A program made the position numbers and the translations under genes. From positions 1 through 64,000 of IMG/VR virus record IMGVR_UViG_3300035670_000049: DNA of 64,000 nucleotides; one strand, 5' to 3'. Shown here piece after piece: positions 51,162 through 60,793 of this stretch. Each line of letters starts with the position of its first letter. Position 1 is the first letter of the stretch. The notes under the pieces were generated by a model. That model worked only from the letters and a program-made list of their open reading frames with translations. It was not told the origin of the DNA and made no database searches. Origin of the DNA: a virus.

Positions 51162-51578
51162 ATGTCTAAAGAACGTCAACGCGAATGGTATTATGAGAAC
51201 CATGAAAGAGAGTTAGCCAAACGTAGAGCATATCAAGAGGCTAATCGAGAACGAGTACGCGAAATGAATAGAGATAATCATCGAAGGCACCAGCAAGAGG
51301 ACCCCGAAGGTTATAAACTTGTTAGGAGATTTCGTCAACTAAAGCATAAATATGGTATTACACAGCAACAATACGACGATATGTATAACTCTCAGCAAGG
51401 ATTGTGTGCAATATGTATACAGCCCTTTGATATTTTTGCCGTAGATCATAATCATATTACAGGTCGAATACGTGGATTACTGTGTAAATCATGTAATACC
51501 TTACTTGCTAATGCTAAAGAAGATTCATCGCTACTGCAAAGAGCAATTGACTATCTAGCCGTACACGACCTCACCTAG
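51162..51578 (+). CDS. Endonuclease VII-family (homing-type) nuclease
   Basis: CAIC...AVDHNH.TG.IRGLLC..CN; GGAGG SD. Confidence 0.9.
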   Translation: MSKERQREWYYENHERELAKRRAYQEANRERVREMNRDNHRRHQQEDPEGYKLVRRFRQLKHKYGITQQQYDDMYNSQQGLCAICIQPFDIFAVDHNHITGRIRGLLCKSCNTLLANAKEDSSLLQRAIDYLAVHDLT

Positions 51579-51974
51579 AACTATTTTTTGGATTATAACG
51601 TCCGCTCCGATGGCATCGTAATCAATATCTTCTCTGATACCCTTGTTGTTGACAGTATATGAGAATAGATGGCCGTAGTTTTCTAGCGCCCAATCTGTAG
51701 CATCAACCAACTTCTGTAGCGTAATTGAAGTAAATGGCCGCTTCTCTTCTTCTGCTTGACCATCCTCATCATCACGCATCCAAATTAGAGGAGTATCAAG
51801 AGTTAGATCAGGATTGATTTTATCGGTATCGGGCTCTCCATCCTCATCACATACATACCACCAATACCACTTGTATCTTTCAATTTGCGCCCAAAATCCT
51901 CTAGCACTCCAATCCATACCATCACTGAGAATATTCAGCAATAGAGGTACGGGATAACGTCCAGCAATTTGCAT
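51555..51974 (-). CDS. Conserved phage hypothetical protein; target of recoded duplication
   Basis: Ends DIDYDAIGADVIIQKIVLGEVVYG. Confidence 0.8.
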   Translation of the reverse strand: MQIAGRYPVPLLLNILSDGMDWSARGFWAQIERYKWYWWYVCDEDGEPDTDKINPDLTLDTPLIWMRDDEDGQAEEEKRPFTSITLQKLVDATDWALENYGHLFSYTVNNKGIREDIDYDAIGADVIIQKIVLGEVVYG

Positions 51975-52204
51975 TAGGTTAGTTCCTTTACAGTAAATGC
52001 TGTATCTACAGCAAACTCGTTGGCAAATCCATCAGTAATTTCCTGCCATGCTTCTGCGGGCATATGCCCAATAGCATTAGCAATAGCATCTACTTCTGTA
52101 ATGCGCCCCTTTCGATACATTGGAGCAAAGCCAATTCTAGTATGCAGATTAATTGTAATTGTTACGTCGTAGTCTTTCTCTTCAAAATAAGACTTCTTTG
52201 CCAT
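51974..52204 (-). CDS. Hypothetical protein
   Basis: TAATG coupling. Confidence 0.7.
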   Translation of the reverse strand: MAKKSYFEEKDYDVTITINLHTRIGFAPMYRKGRITEVDAIANAIGHMPAEAWQEITDGFANEFAVDTAFTVKELT

Positions 52205-52431
52205 TACTCTTTACCCACTACTTCAATTACTGATACATCGGCATCTTCCCAGCAGTCAGGATGCCACTTATCAGCCATCAATTTCCCGTTATATTTAAAA
52301 CGTTCAAGGACAACCATATCGCCCTCTTCAATATCTTCATTACATCCAGCACAATGTTGAGTCTGCTCCCCACTATATTCAAACTTAATTATCTCAGGAG
52401 GAAGATACTCAATGACGGGAGGCTCATGCAT
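52204..52431 (-). CDS. Hypothetical protein, Cys/His zinc motif
   Basis: CAGC...WHPDC. Confidence 0.7.
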   Translation of the reverse strand: MHEPPVIEYLPPEIIKFEYSGEQTQHCAGCNEDIEEGDMVVLERFKYNGKLMADKWHPDCWEDADVSVIEVVGKE

Positions 52432-52785
52432 TCAAATCACCCAATCCCTAGTATCCAGATATGTATCTTCCATATGTCCACAATGGGTAGAAGCCCCACA
52501 GATATCACACAGGTCCATCATATTACAATGGTTGCAATACATCAGTGATTCCCATGCCACCACTTTGGTAGAATGGATATACCTCAGATCAGCATCAGGA
52601 TTTACTTTGGGTAGAATTAGATGGACAGAGCCATCATAAAGAATCTTACCCTCATAAAAGGTTCCATTCTCAGGAGTTCTAATCTTAGTTGCATCGGGAC
52701 CTTGCTTACGGTCCCATAGTTTATTGGTCCAATCAATAGTATAGACTGATTCAGACTCTGTAGTATACCGACGAATAATTCTCAT
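52432..52785 (-). CDS. Hypothetical protein
   Basis: ATGA coupling. Confidence 0.7.
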   Translation of the reverse strand: MRIIRRYTTESESVYTIDWTNKLWDRKQGPDATKIRTPENGTFYEGKILYDGSVHLILPKVNPDADLRYIHSTKVVAWESLMYCNHCNMMDLCDICGASTHCGHMEDTYLDTRDWVI

Positions 52786-52973
52786 CTCTCATACCACTCC
52801 ACATCGCCCTCTAAATCCTCAAGGTATTCGGGATCATTCCACTCAGAATCTAAAGTAGTCTCATTACCATCCAAATAATCCTGATACTTTTGCTTGGCTT
52901 CCTCTAAAGAAGCAGCCTCAATTGTATAAATTCTATGCCAACGTTCTGCCTGACTAACTTGATAGATAGGCAT
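52782..52973 (-). CDS. Small acidic hypothetical protein
   Basis: IEAASLEEA motif, coupled. Confidence 0.7.
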   Translation of the reverse strand: MPIYQVSQAERWHRIYTIEAASLEEAKQKYQDYLDGNETTLDSEWNDPEYLEDLEGDVEWYER

Positions 52974-52974
52974 C

Positions 52975-53190
52975 TTATTTCACCACATTCTCTAGTGCAA
53001 TAGAGGCTGAGAAATATCTCTTAGATTTACCCTCAGTCTCATCTTCCCACTCTTCAATATGTCCAATAAGAGAATTGATCAACTGATTCTTCAGCTTTTC
53101 TGTATAGTCAAACTGTGCCTCTTCGATCCATTGCCTCTCATCATCCCACAGAGTTTCATAAAAGGTAAGTCTAAGATCAAGTTGCAGCAT
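52975..53190 (-). CDS. Hypothetical protein
   Basis: Coupled ORF. Confidence 0.7.
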   Translation of the reverse strand: MLQLDLRLTFYETLWDDERQWIEEAQFDYTEKLKNQLINSLIGHIEEWEDETEGKSKRYFSASIALENVVK

Positions 53191-53845
53191 TTCTTGCTTC
53201 CTCTACTTCTCTGATTTTACCCAAGATAAGTTGTAGTTCTTCTGGTTCAAGGTCTTCAATTTCATCTAGCCTGATATATGACTTAGGTTTCATGGCACTA
53301 ATGACTGACTCTGGCGGAATCGCCTTGTAAAGAGCCTCTAGATTGGGTGTGACGAGTTGTTCACGTTCGTTTAGGCCATCGTTTTTAGGCTTATGATAAG
53401 CATCGGGAGGACGAGTGCTTTTACGCCCACGCTTACCCTTTACTTCTACCACGCCTCTATTGGTACACAGTTCACCAAAATAACTACACTGATAAGGTTT
53501 ATCGGAAGTGTGCCAACTCTTGTTGGATTTTAGTAGAGCAAGAGTTTGGCTAATGAATTTACCTTCTCTTGTTAGCCCTAATGCTTCAAGAATTGCTAGT
53601 CTCGCAGCAGAATGAATAGGGCTAGGAACATTATCAATAAAATTGGCCAGAGCATAGATCGCAATACCATCATTATATGTGCGTGTATCCAGGAATTTAT
53701 CTACCTCATCTAGTGCATCTTGTATAAGTTTAGACTTACCTTTAGGTGATTCAAGGATAGTAGCCTCTAGTGTTGTAGTATCAAAATTAATCTCTGCGCC
53801 CACCGCTGAAAAGATAGGCGCAAATTGAATCAGGTTCTTACTCAT
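53177..53845 (-). CDS. Hypothetical protein
   Basis: Long ORF, GGGTAG SD-like. Confidence 0.75.
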   Translation of the reverse strand: MSKNLIQFAPIFSAVGAEINFDTTTLEATILESPKGKSKLIQDALDEVDKFLDTRTYNDGIAIYALANFIDNVPSPIHSAARLAILEALGLTREGKFISQTLALLKSNKSWHTSDKPYQCSYFGELCTNRGVVEVKGKRGRKSTRPPDAYHKPKNDGLNEREQLVTPNLEALYKAIPPESVISAMKPKSYIRLDEIEDLEPEELQLILGKIREVEEARNAAT

Positions 53846-53848
53846 AGG

Positions 53849-54907
53849 TCAATCTACCCTACCACCTAGGGACCAACTTCCCTTTGCAGTATTGAATACA
53901 ATCCTATGCCAAATCTTTCCCAATTGGATACGCTTATGCTCTGGCCTTCTGAATAGTGGACGATGATATAGATTACCTCGGGCATACATACGCTTTCGGC
54001 TATCATATCCAATCTCATTAGCCGCATGAGAATCATTCACCTTTGGCATATCAAGTTCCATGCGAATAATCTCTGACTCATAAGACTGTGTTTCTTGATT
54101 CCAACGACTTCTAACAACAGGCTCCATATGTGCCCTAGTTTTATTCTTTAGAATCTTGCGAGAATTCAGATCAAGCACAGGGATAGCAAATACATCCCCC
54201 TGACGCTTTACATTTAGACCCGCAGCATATGCTTCCTTTACGATCTTGGGCTTTAGTGACTCATATGCCTCTTCAACTGTCTTTACAGCGTGAGGCAACT
54301 CACAGATGAAATAGCCATCATTACGGGAATTATGAGTCTCATCAAAACCTGAGAGGAAGTAATGGTACTTATAAGGATGCCTATTACGGTAGTCACCCTT
54401 GGCCCTAAATACACTACCACCTAGGCGATGCACATAAGTAGTTACACAACGCTCTTCTTTCACTACTGGATCATAATGCTGATCACGATGCTCATTCATC
54501 ACAGCCCATGCTGTCTTTCCAGTCATAAAATCTGCAAGAAAGTACTGATTATGGGTCTTGCAGTAAGCCTCTTCGAAATCCTGATCTACATCCACTTGCT
54601 CAATTGTGTGCAGATCAATATGTGCAGCACTGGCAACACTAAAGGGAATTGTAATCTGGCGATAATTAGATGGGAGATACGATGCAAGGGCACCGCGCAA
54701 ATTGCTCTGATGCTGGGTAGTAGAAACTGAATACCTATCACCGTTGACAATGACGAGGTTTCGCTCATCATCAGCAATTGCCATTACAAAGTGAGGGCCA
54801 TAGGAATAAATCTCAGTATTCCCATAGCCTGAATATACATTATGACCCTTTAGGCCACGCTCTCCACGCTGTGCAAATCGCACACAAACATCATAATGAG
54901 TAGTCAT
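53849..54907 (-). CDS. Hypothetical protein (352 aa)
   Basis: Long ORF, GAGG SD. Confidence 0.85.
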   Translation of the reverse strand: MTTHYDVCVRFAQRGERGLKGHNVYSGYGNTEIYSYGPHFVMAIADDERNLVIVNGDRYSVSTTQHQSNLRGALASYLPSNYRQITIPFSVASAAHIDLHTIEQVDVDQDFEEAYCKTHNQYFLADFMTGKTAWAVMNEHRDQHYDPVVKEERCVTTYVHRLGGSVFRAKGDYRNRHPYKYHYFLSGFDETHNSRNDGYFICELPHAVKTVEEAYESLKPKIVKEAYAAGLNVKRQGDVFAIPVLDLNSRKILKNKTRAHMEPVVRSRWNQETQSYESEIIRMELDMPKVNDSHAANEIGYDSRKRMYARGNLYHRPLFRRPEHKRIQLGKIWHRIVFNTAKGSWSLGGRVD

Positions 54908-54916
54908 GTTATATCC

Positions 54917-55360
54917 TCAATCAAAAGTAATAAAAGATTCCCAAGGTTGGGGATGACGATAACGCTTCATTGTGTATTCGATATGCTTCTCCGCTTCCTC
55001 TTTAGTAGAAAACCAACGGGTTCTAAAATCGTGGGTATCATCCTGCCACAATTCAGGAACGTCTTTGAAATTCTCAACTGGTACCCAAAAGATCACCTGT
55101 CCCAATTCGCCTAGATTATTGACTGCCAAATCATCCCCATAAATAGGAACGGCAGCCACTCCGCTAATATCCTTGACAGTTTCAGGATTAATCTCGACTA
55201 AATAGGGTACAACATCCGCTAGTTTTTCGCCCCAATCTTCCTCTTGCCAAACTCCTTCGAAAACCGTCCCAAAACCGGGTCTATAAATGGTCGTTTTGAT
55301 TGTCTCAAAAATAACCTCACCCTTCCCGAGAGTTGTTTGCATGGGTTTAGAAGTCTCCAT
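54917..55360 (-). CDS. Hypothetical protein
   Basis: ORF with SD. Confidence 0.7.
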   Translation of the reverse strand: METSKPMQTTLGKGEVIFETIKTTIYRPGFGTVFEGVWQEEDWGEKLADVVPYLVEINPETVKDISGVAAVPIYGDDLAVNNLGELGQVIFWVPVENFKDVPELWQDDTHDFRTRWFSTKEEAEKHIEYTMKRYRHPQPWESFITFD

Positions 55361-55419
55361 AATGATATAGATATATTCTCCGTACTCGCTAGGTAACTGG
55401 TCGTGGGTTGAAATTCAAT

Positions 55420-55839
55420 TTAGTCACTAGAATCCCAACTCCAACTCAAACCACACGTAGGACAAGTTCGATCATGCCATCCTCTAATTGTATCTGATCC
55501 TGTTGCCTCTTTATGATCGCATCCAATACGGAAGAATTTGAAAGGCTTAGGGATTGCATGTTCTACTTTTTGCATTACTGCAAATGCTTCATTATGATAA
55601 TAAATAATCTGCATCGACCGATAATACTGCTCATTTCTAGGAAGATCACCAAATAGCTCAGGCTCTGAAACGGGATTAATCTGCCTATACCCATGAGCAT
55701 TCCCAAATCCCCAGATTAGTACATGATGCCAAAACCTTTCCTCTGTGATTTCTTGATATGGCTTTGGCATATCATTGTATCCACCCGGTTCTAGGATATA
55801 ATGCTTTGCTCGATCTAGTGTAGTTTCCTCTAGTGTCAT
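55420..55839 (-). CDS. Hypothetical protein with C-terminal zinc ribbon
   Basis: CDH...CPTC. Confidence 0.75.
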   Translation of the reverse strand: MTLEETTLDRAKHYILEPGGYNDMPKPYQEITEERFWHHVLIWGFGNAHGYRQINPVSEPELFGDLPRNEQYYRSMQIIYYHNEAFAVMQKVEHAIPKPFKFFRIGCDHKEATGSDTIRGWHDRTCPTCGLSWSWDSSD

Positions 55840-55964
55840 TTTTTCTCTGCTTTCTTTCCAAGTAGCGGAAGAATTACACTCTTGATACTTCTACCTGATA
55901 CTTTCATACCATAGATTTTCTTGCGGCGTTTCTTCTCCCTATCTTCTGCATGTTTATCAGTCAT
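55836..55964 (-). CDS. 42-aa basic microprotein, not in track
   Basis: GGAG SD; ATGA overlap with next gene. Confidence 0.6.
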   Translation of the reverse strand: MTDKHAEDREKKRRKKIYGMKVSGRSIKSVILPLLGKKAEKK

Positions 55965-56066
55965 TTAGGCTCCTAAATAGTCTGACAATATCCACTAGGA
56001 TATAGGCTACAAGGGAGAATATCAATATAAAGAAGATGCTTGTGATAATAAAGATCAGCAGATCAA

Positions 56067-56300
56067 TCATTCTACACCTAAATCCCTTCCAGATAGAGCC
56101 TTTACAATAGCAACGGCCACCAGTTCATAGTATCCATTGCTGTAATTTTCTTCATCATAGAAGTTATCCATCAGGATATCGTTAACAATGGCTACAGCCT
56201 TAGCCTGTCGCTCATAGCGCTTCTTTACGTCTTTACAAAGATGAGGTTCATTAGTAGTGTTACACTCTACGCCACATCTAGTACAAGTGTATCTAGCCAC
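56067..56300 (-). CDS. Hypothetical protein
   Basis: CTRC...HLC motif, coupled. Confidence 0.7.
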   Translation of the reverse strand: MARYTCTRCGVECNTTNEPHLCKDVKKRYERQAKAVAIVNDILMDNFYDEENYSNGYYELVAVAIVKALSGRDLGVE

Positions 56301-56691
56301 TTCCTTTCCTCAATACAATGATATCACTATCTTCAACAATTGCTTGAGATTCTTCATAATGATTATCAAGATAAACTTTATCCAGGTTCATCTCTTCTGC
56401 GATAATACTCGCTTCTACCTGAGTAGGATAAACATCCGATACAATCTCACCCTTTGGATCAACAATGACATAGCCGTTGCTATGCTGTTCTGCACGAAAT
56501 ACTTTATGGCCCTTACGTTTATTGCACCATTTATGCGCTAGTGCAATGTTTGTAGAACCTCTACCAACTTTGCCTCCTAATGCCTTGGGTACAATATGAT
56601 CGCGTGTAGCGTCTGTCAATCTTTGGACTCTATCTCCGCAGATATGACAGATTGCTTTATCACGCTTATAAAGTTGTGCTAATGTGATCAC
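56293..56691 (-). CDS. HNH endonuclease
   Basis: CHIC...TRDHIVPKALGG...NIALAHKWCNKRKG. Confidence 0.88.
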   Translation of the reverse strand: MITLAQLYKRDKAICHICGDRVQRLTDATRDHIVPKALGGKVGRGSTNIALAHKWCNKRKGHKVFRAEQHSNGYVIVDPKGEIVSDVYPTQVEASIIAEEMNLDKVYLDNHYEESQAIVEDSDIIVLRKGSG

Positions 56692-57296
56692 GGATTACTA
56701 CACCCCCAAAAATTGGGAGGCATAATCGGATTATTGAGTGTACCACAAAGGTAGTTATAGATAATCTTTCCTGTTCTACCATTCCCATCCCTGAATGGAT
56801 GAATATTCTCATACTCGTAGTAGAACTGATCCTCTGCTGTCTTAGACAGTTTATGGCCTCTTGATCGATGTTCCCAATCTCCAACTACTTGATCAACAAC
56901 AATAAGCCCTCCACTATAGTAGGCTTCAAGTAGACTGGTAAGTAGATCAGGCACTCGCTCCCAAGATGCCTTTTCAATCCAACCAAGATTTGGATCATCC
57001 ACTCCAATTGGAATTCTACGAAATCCATTCTTATTTTTGGTGGGCTCAACTAATTGTCCAAGATACTCGATGAACTCAAGATTAATTGGTTGCTGAATTC
57101 TATTGTGTGGAAATTCTGCGTTCTCGTCCTTATAAGCATAGGCACAAGTAGGACAATATTCCCACTTCTCTTGCGCCCATTGCCAAGCATTACACATATA
57201 GTATACGCTAACTTCACCTGATCCTTGGCGCTCACATTCCCTAGCGCAATACTCAATGATATCAAGTTCCATTATTAGAACCTTTCTTCCTGCCAC
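56688..57296 (-). CDS. Fic/Doc domain protein
   Basis: HPFRDGNGRTG Fic motif. Confidence 0.9.
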   Translation of the reverse strand: MAGRKVLIMELDIIEYCARECERQGSGEVSVYYMCNAWQWAQEKWEYCPTCAYAYKDENAEFPHNRIQQPINLEFIEYLGQLVEPTKNKNGFRRIPIGVDDPNLGWIEKASWERVPDLLTSLLEAYYSGGLIVVDQVVGDWEHRSRGHKLSKTAEDQFYYEYENIHPFRDGNGRTGKIIYNYLCGTLNNPIMPPNFWGCSNP

Positions 57297-57676
57297 ATAG
57301 GAATAACTAGATCGCTTCGTACAGAGTAAAACATCTTTCGAAATCCCAACTTCTTCAAGATAGCGTAGCAGTTAGGACATGGATATGAAAGATTTGTTGC
57401 TACATTTGTACGAGAGTAATTGATAATTGTTGCTCCGGTTAGTTTCCTGATACCTACCTTTCTTAGAGCATGAACCTCTGAATGCATTGTCTTATCTAGG
57501 GGAAGATCAGTATCATCAGCAATGATAGAACCTCCCGCAAAATGATTTACACCAGTCCCAATGATTCTTCCTTCCCTATCGAGGATTACCGAAGAATGCA
57601 TATAGCGTGTGACTTGTGGATCAGTCTTTCCTGCCAACTTCTTAGCCACATCAAACGGATCACGATAACGACTCAT
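57275..57676 (-). CDS. Cytidine/dCMP deaminase-family zinc protein
   Basis: HSE...PCPNC (HxE/PCxxC). Confidence 0.85.
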   Translation of the reverse strand: MSRYRDPFDVAKKLAGKTDPQVTRYMHSSVILDREGRIIGTGVNHFAGGSIIADDTDLPLDKTMHSEVHALRKVGIRKLTGATIINYSRTNVATNLSYPCPNCYAILKKLGFRKMFYSVRSDLVIPMWQEERF

Positions 57677-58008
57677 ATAGAACCTACAATAGCCGCAAAA
57701 TTAAATCCTGCTCCAACAATACCGGATGCTGTTGCGGTAGAGATAGCAACAATCCTTACATTATTGAATTTGGCTGGAACCGGAATTTGAGAACGATATG
57801 CAACAAGGAGGGATAGTCCAAGTTTAGCAACAGGGATAGCCCAAATTCCTCCAATGGATACTAGAAGTAGAATTAGAAAGTTTTGCTCACTGAATTTTCC
57901 TGGTCCAATAAATATATAGAAGATCAAGAATGTCAATGCATCCAAAGATTGAGCAAAGACTAGCCTAAATACAAGATTCTTAGGTAGAGTCATTTCGGTA
58001 GATTCCAA
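57673..58008 (-). CDS. Multi-pass membrane protein (DUF5658-like)
   Basis: Three hydrophobic segments; LDALTF...EQN. Confidence 0.65.
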   Translation of the reverse strand: MESTEMTLPKNLVFRLVFAQSLDALTFLIFYIFIGPGKFSEQNFLILLLVSIGGIWAIPVAKLGLSLLVAYRSQIPVPAKFNNVRIVAISTATASGIVGAGFNFAAIVGSI

Positions 58009-58247
58009 CTAGCACGGGGATCATTTACAGGATACCAAGTTACCCAATCGGGAGGGCTAGAGATATCTGCATCAGAGATATCTTCTACAACAGTATCAGG
58101 AGGATTAGAACCATAGGGCCAAATCGGCTTCCAAAATGCATCGTCATAGTGACAGCAATGTGTATCCCTGCCACATTCACAACAAGGAGGCTCTACTCCC
58201 TCACAATCAGGACATACCTTATAAGGAAAATCTGCTACTGCAATCAC
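57990..58247 (-). CDS. Cys-rich hypothetical protein
   Basis: CPDC, CCEC. Confidence 0.65.
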   Translation of the reverse strand: MIAVADFPYKVCPDCEGVEPPCCECGRDTHCCHYDDAFWKPIWPYGSNPPDTVVEDISDADISSPPDWVTWYPVNDPRASWNLPK

Positions 58248-58261
58248 TTCTATTCACCTTT

Positions 58262-58531
58262 CTAAAATCTAGGCCAACTAAATGAAATTGAGATTGCGCG
58301 ACCTTCTCCTAGAAAATATCCTATCGATGCAGTATGTGCTTGGACATATTCAGGCTCATATCGATAGGATACACTAAGAATACCAATCAAGAGCATACCA
58401 TCAGCAGTTATACCATCGTGCCCCCAATTTCTTCGGGATATGAATCCTCGGATACCAAACCGATCAAATGCTCGATGTTTGTACGGATATTCTGCATTGA
58501 GTTCTTCCAGTTGTTCAGTAAAATGATCCAC
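58262..58531 (-). CDS. Hypothetical protein
   Basis: GGAG SD. Confidence 0.7.
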   Translation of the reverse strand: MDHFTEQLEELNAEYPYKHRAFDRFGIRGFISRRNWGHDGITADGMLLIGILSVSYRYEPEYVQAHTASIGYFLGEGRAISISFSWPRF

Positions 58532-58891
58532 CCTACTCCTTTCTAAAAAGAATTAGTGACGGATAACCGGAGCCGTCACGGAAGCATTCTCTTAGGGTTA
58601 TTGCTTATCCCGACAAGCATTTATATAGCGACAACTTTCTTCCGCTTCTCTTGCCCCTATCCCAGCCATTTCTCATGGCAGTAGTCGATAGACTTCTTAT
58701 ATGATGGAGTTACCCTAATCCTACCAATTGGAGGATGTATAGGCATCATATAAGTTGGGACACTCACCCAACCTTCGGCAAGAGTATTGCGCTATTTATT
58801 TAGGCCATTCCTAGCCTCATTGTAGCACATATCACAGGATAAAGCAATAAATGTTTTGTGATTTGTGCTACCATGAAACTATGAGCGGTAA

Positions 58892-59137
58892 TTACTCTAC
58901 TTTGAACTTATCACCGACGCGAGTAATATTTAGATAGAAGCGTCGATCCCTAGCAGGATCAGGACCAACCACAAACACCATCTTATTCTCAGGCATTTCT
59001 GTAATTGGTCCATCATACTCATTACCAAAGAAGGAAGTTGCCTCCAAAGAAACACCTTCTGGATTAGAGGCAATTGCCTCCTTTACAGCCTTCTTTGATT
59101 TAGGACGATTCCAGTTTACCCAAATTCCTTGAGTCAC
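58892..59137 (-). CDS. Conserved phage hypothetical protein (start GTG 59137)
   Basis: GAGGAG SD; KSKKAVKEA...VVGPDP. Confidence 0.75.
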   Translation of the reverse strand: MTQGIWVNWNRPKSKKAVKEAIASNPEGVSLEATSFFGNEYDGPITEMPENKMVFVVGPDPARDRRFYLNITRVGDKFKVE

Positions 59138-59274
59138 ATCCACTCCTCTGTAAAATCTACGGGACCACCATCCCAATCGATATCTTCGTCGGGTTCCTCT
59201 TCATCAATATCTGTATCTGCAATAAATCTATCCTCATACGACATTTCTAGCCAAGAGTCATCCCATTCCATCAT
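59134..59274 (-). CDS. 46-aa very acidic microprotein, not in track
   Basis: Overlapping start/stop coupling on both sides; 20 D/E. Confidence 0.65.
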   Translation of the reverse strand: MMEWDDSWLEMSYEDRFIADTDIDEEEPDEDIDWDGGPVDFTEEWM

Positions 59275-59531
59275 AGAAGTTTACTCTCCCGCTCTCTTGT
59301 AATTTCAAGATCACGAATCGCATTCCAAACAAACGCTAGAGAAGTTCTATAAGCGTCACTAAATGATGCGCGACTCCTATTCTTATCAGAAATCTTGGTA
59401 AAACCATCCTTGCTTACAAGAGTGACTGTGCAAATACCCTTATCACCATCATAAACCTTATTGATTTTATAGCCCCGACTAATGATAAGTGATTCCATTT
59501 TACCAATAGTAGGATCAGCAGCCATTTTCAA
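59271..59531 (-). CDS. Hypothetical protein
   Basis: ATGA overlap. Confidence 0.7.
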   Translation of the reverse strand: MKMAADPTIGKMESLIISRGYKINKVYDGDKGICTVTLVSKDGFTKISDKNRSRASFSDAYRTSLAFVWNAIRDLEITRERESKLL

Positions 59532-59959
59532 TGCTCCACGTTATAATTATGTGCGCCATTCTTCATGCCGCAATCATCACATTCATCAGTGATGCCCCAA
59601 TATTTCTCTGCGGCCTCCTTATCCTTTAGATGATAGTATTCAACATTCCAACGACCTTTGGGCCACTCAAACATTGTACCATCTTCAACGATTGCAAAGA
59701 ATTCCTCGGCATCTTCCTTTCTTTCAAACTCTCTTACGAGAGGATCAGGCTCATACTCATATCGATCATCCTCGTCCTCAATGATTTCATCTGCATATTC
59801 CATATCATATCTATTTTCCTGGTACCACATCAATTCTGCATCTTCGTTCCAATGGGCATATGCACTAATCGGAGGAATATTATCACCGCGACGATGGACT
59901 GACATATCGATCAAGCCTTTCTTGAATCTTCCAAGCCTCTGTGGCTGAGATATCCTCAT
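59528..59959 (-). CDS. Acidic hypothetical protein
   Basis: Coupled; true start may be internal. Confidence 0.65.
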   Translation of the reverse strand: MRISQPQRLGRFKKGLIDMSVHRRGDNIPPISAYAHWNEDAELMWYQENRYDMEYADEIIEDEDDRYEYEPDPLVREFERKEDAEEFFAIVEDGTMFEWPKGRWNVEYYHLKDKEAAEKYWGITDECDDCGMKNGAHNYNVEH

Positions 59960-60407
59960 AGGCAGAATTTACTTCTTCATCTTCTCCTTCCTCATCATAA
60001 TCATAATCAGCATCAAATTCACACCGTCCGCAGGGAATATCGTATGATGTATGGAGATAGACTCCATGCTTACAATAGCAACACCCATCAATTGGGGTAT
60101 GGTTGCTATCATGGCTACTTCCATTGCAAACTCTTTCCGATCCATCGGATCGATAAAGAATTGCCTTACATGTATAGCCACCATAATGAGTACGACCATT
60201 TTCATCAACCCAAGAGTCTCTTTCATCCTTGGGTTCAAAGTCATGGAGGTTATCATAGAACCTCACATAACCAACAGGGTCCTCGTTGGGATCAGGAATA
60301 ATATCTTCCCAATACTCTTGGCTAATGTTACTCATCTCAAAATCCGTCCGCAATAATATCACCCCAAGAGGTAATATACCATGCATACTTATAAGTCTTA
60401 CCGTCAT
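59883..60407 (-). CDS. Acidic Cys-rich hypothetical protein (start probably MSNISQ)
   Basis: Track ORF overlaps both neighbours. Confidence 0.6.
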   Translation of the reverse strand: MTVRLISMHGILPLGVILLRTDFEMSNISQEYWEDIIPDPNEDPVGYVRFYDNLHDFEPKDERDSWVDENGRTHYGGYTCKAILYRSDGSERVCNGSSHDSNHTPIDGCCYCKHGVYLHTSYDIPCGRCEFDADYDYDEEGEDEEVNSAYEDISATEAWKIQERLDRYVSPSSR

Positions 60408-60579
60408 TCATAATTGCCCATACAATCCAACTACCATCACGCTCTGACATAACGGTAATTTGCTTTACATCAGGAAGCTCAGAATTTTCCTTTCGCTCAT
60501 CCAGAATGTAATCAAGCATTTGCTTCGTTGCATCTGCAATCAACTGATTACGCCTAATATCATCAAATTCAGCAGTCAT
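60337..60579 (-). CDS. Hypothetical protein
   Basis: Coupled ORF. Confidence 0.7.
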   Translation of the reverse strand: MTAEFDDIRRNQLIADATKQMLDYILDERKENSELPDVKQITVMSERDGSWIVWAIMNDGKTYKYAWYITSWGDIIADGF

Positions 60580-60580
60580 T

Positions 60581-60793
60581 TTACCAATCCTTCATATCAG
60601 CAAGGTGATTGCTATAAGCGATGACCGACTTCCAACCATCTGGATCGGTCTGCTTTAGATAACTTAAAATCTCCTGATACTGTGTGCTAAATTCGTACTT
60701 AGCCTCATCAGAATCAAAAGAACCAAATCTGAGAACATTTGCCATATATTTGGCAACATTCACATAATTTGGTGTAAGTACAATCGTTTCCAT
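60581..60793 (-). CDS. Hypothetical protein
   Basis: TAATG coupling. Confidence 0.7.
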   Translation of the reverse strand: METIVLTPNYVNVAKYMANVLRFGSFDSDEAKYEFSTQYQEILSYLKQTDPDGWKSVIAYSNHLADMKDW

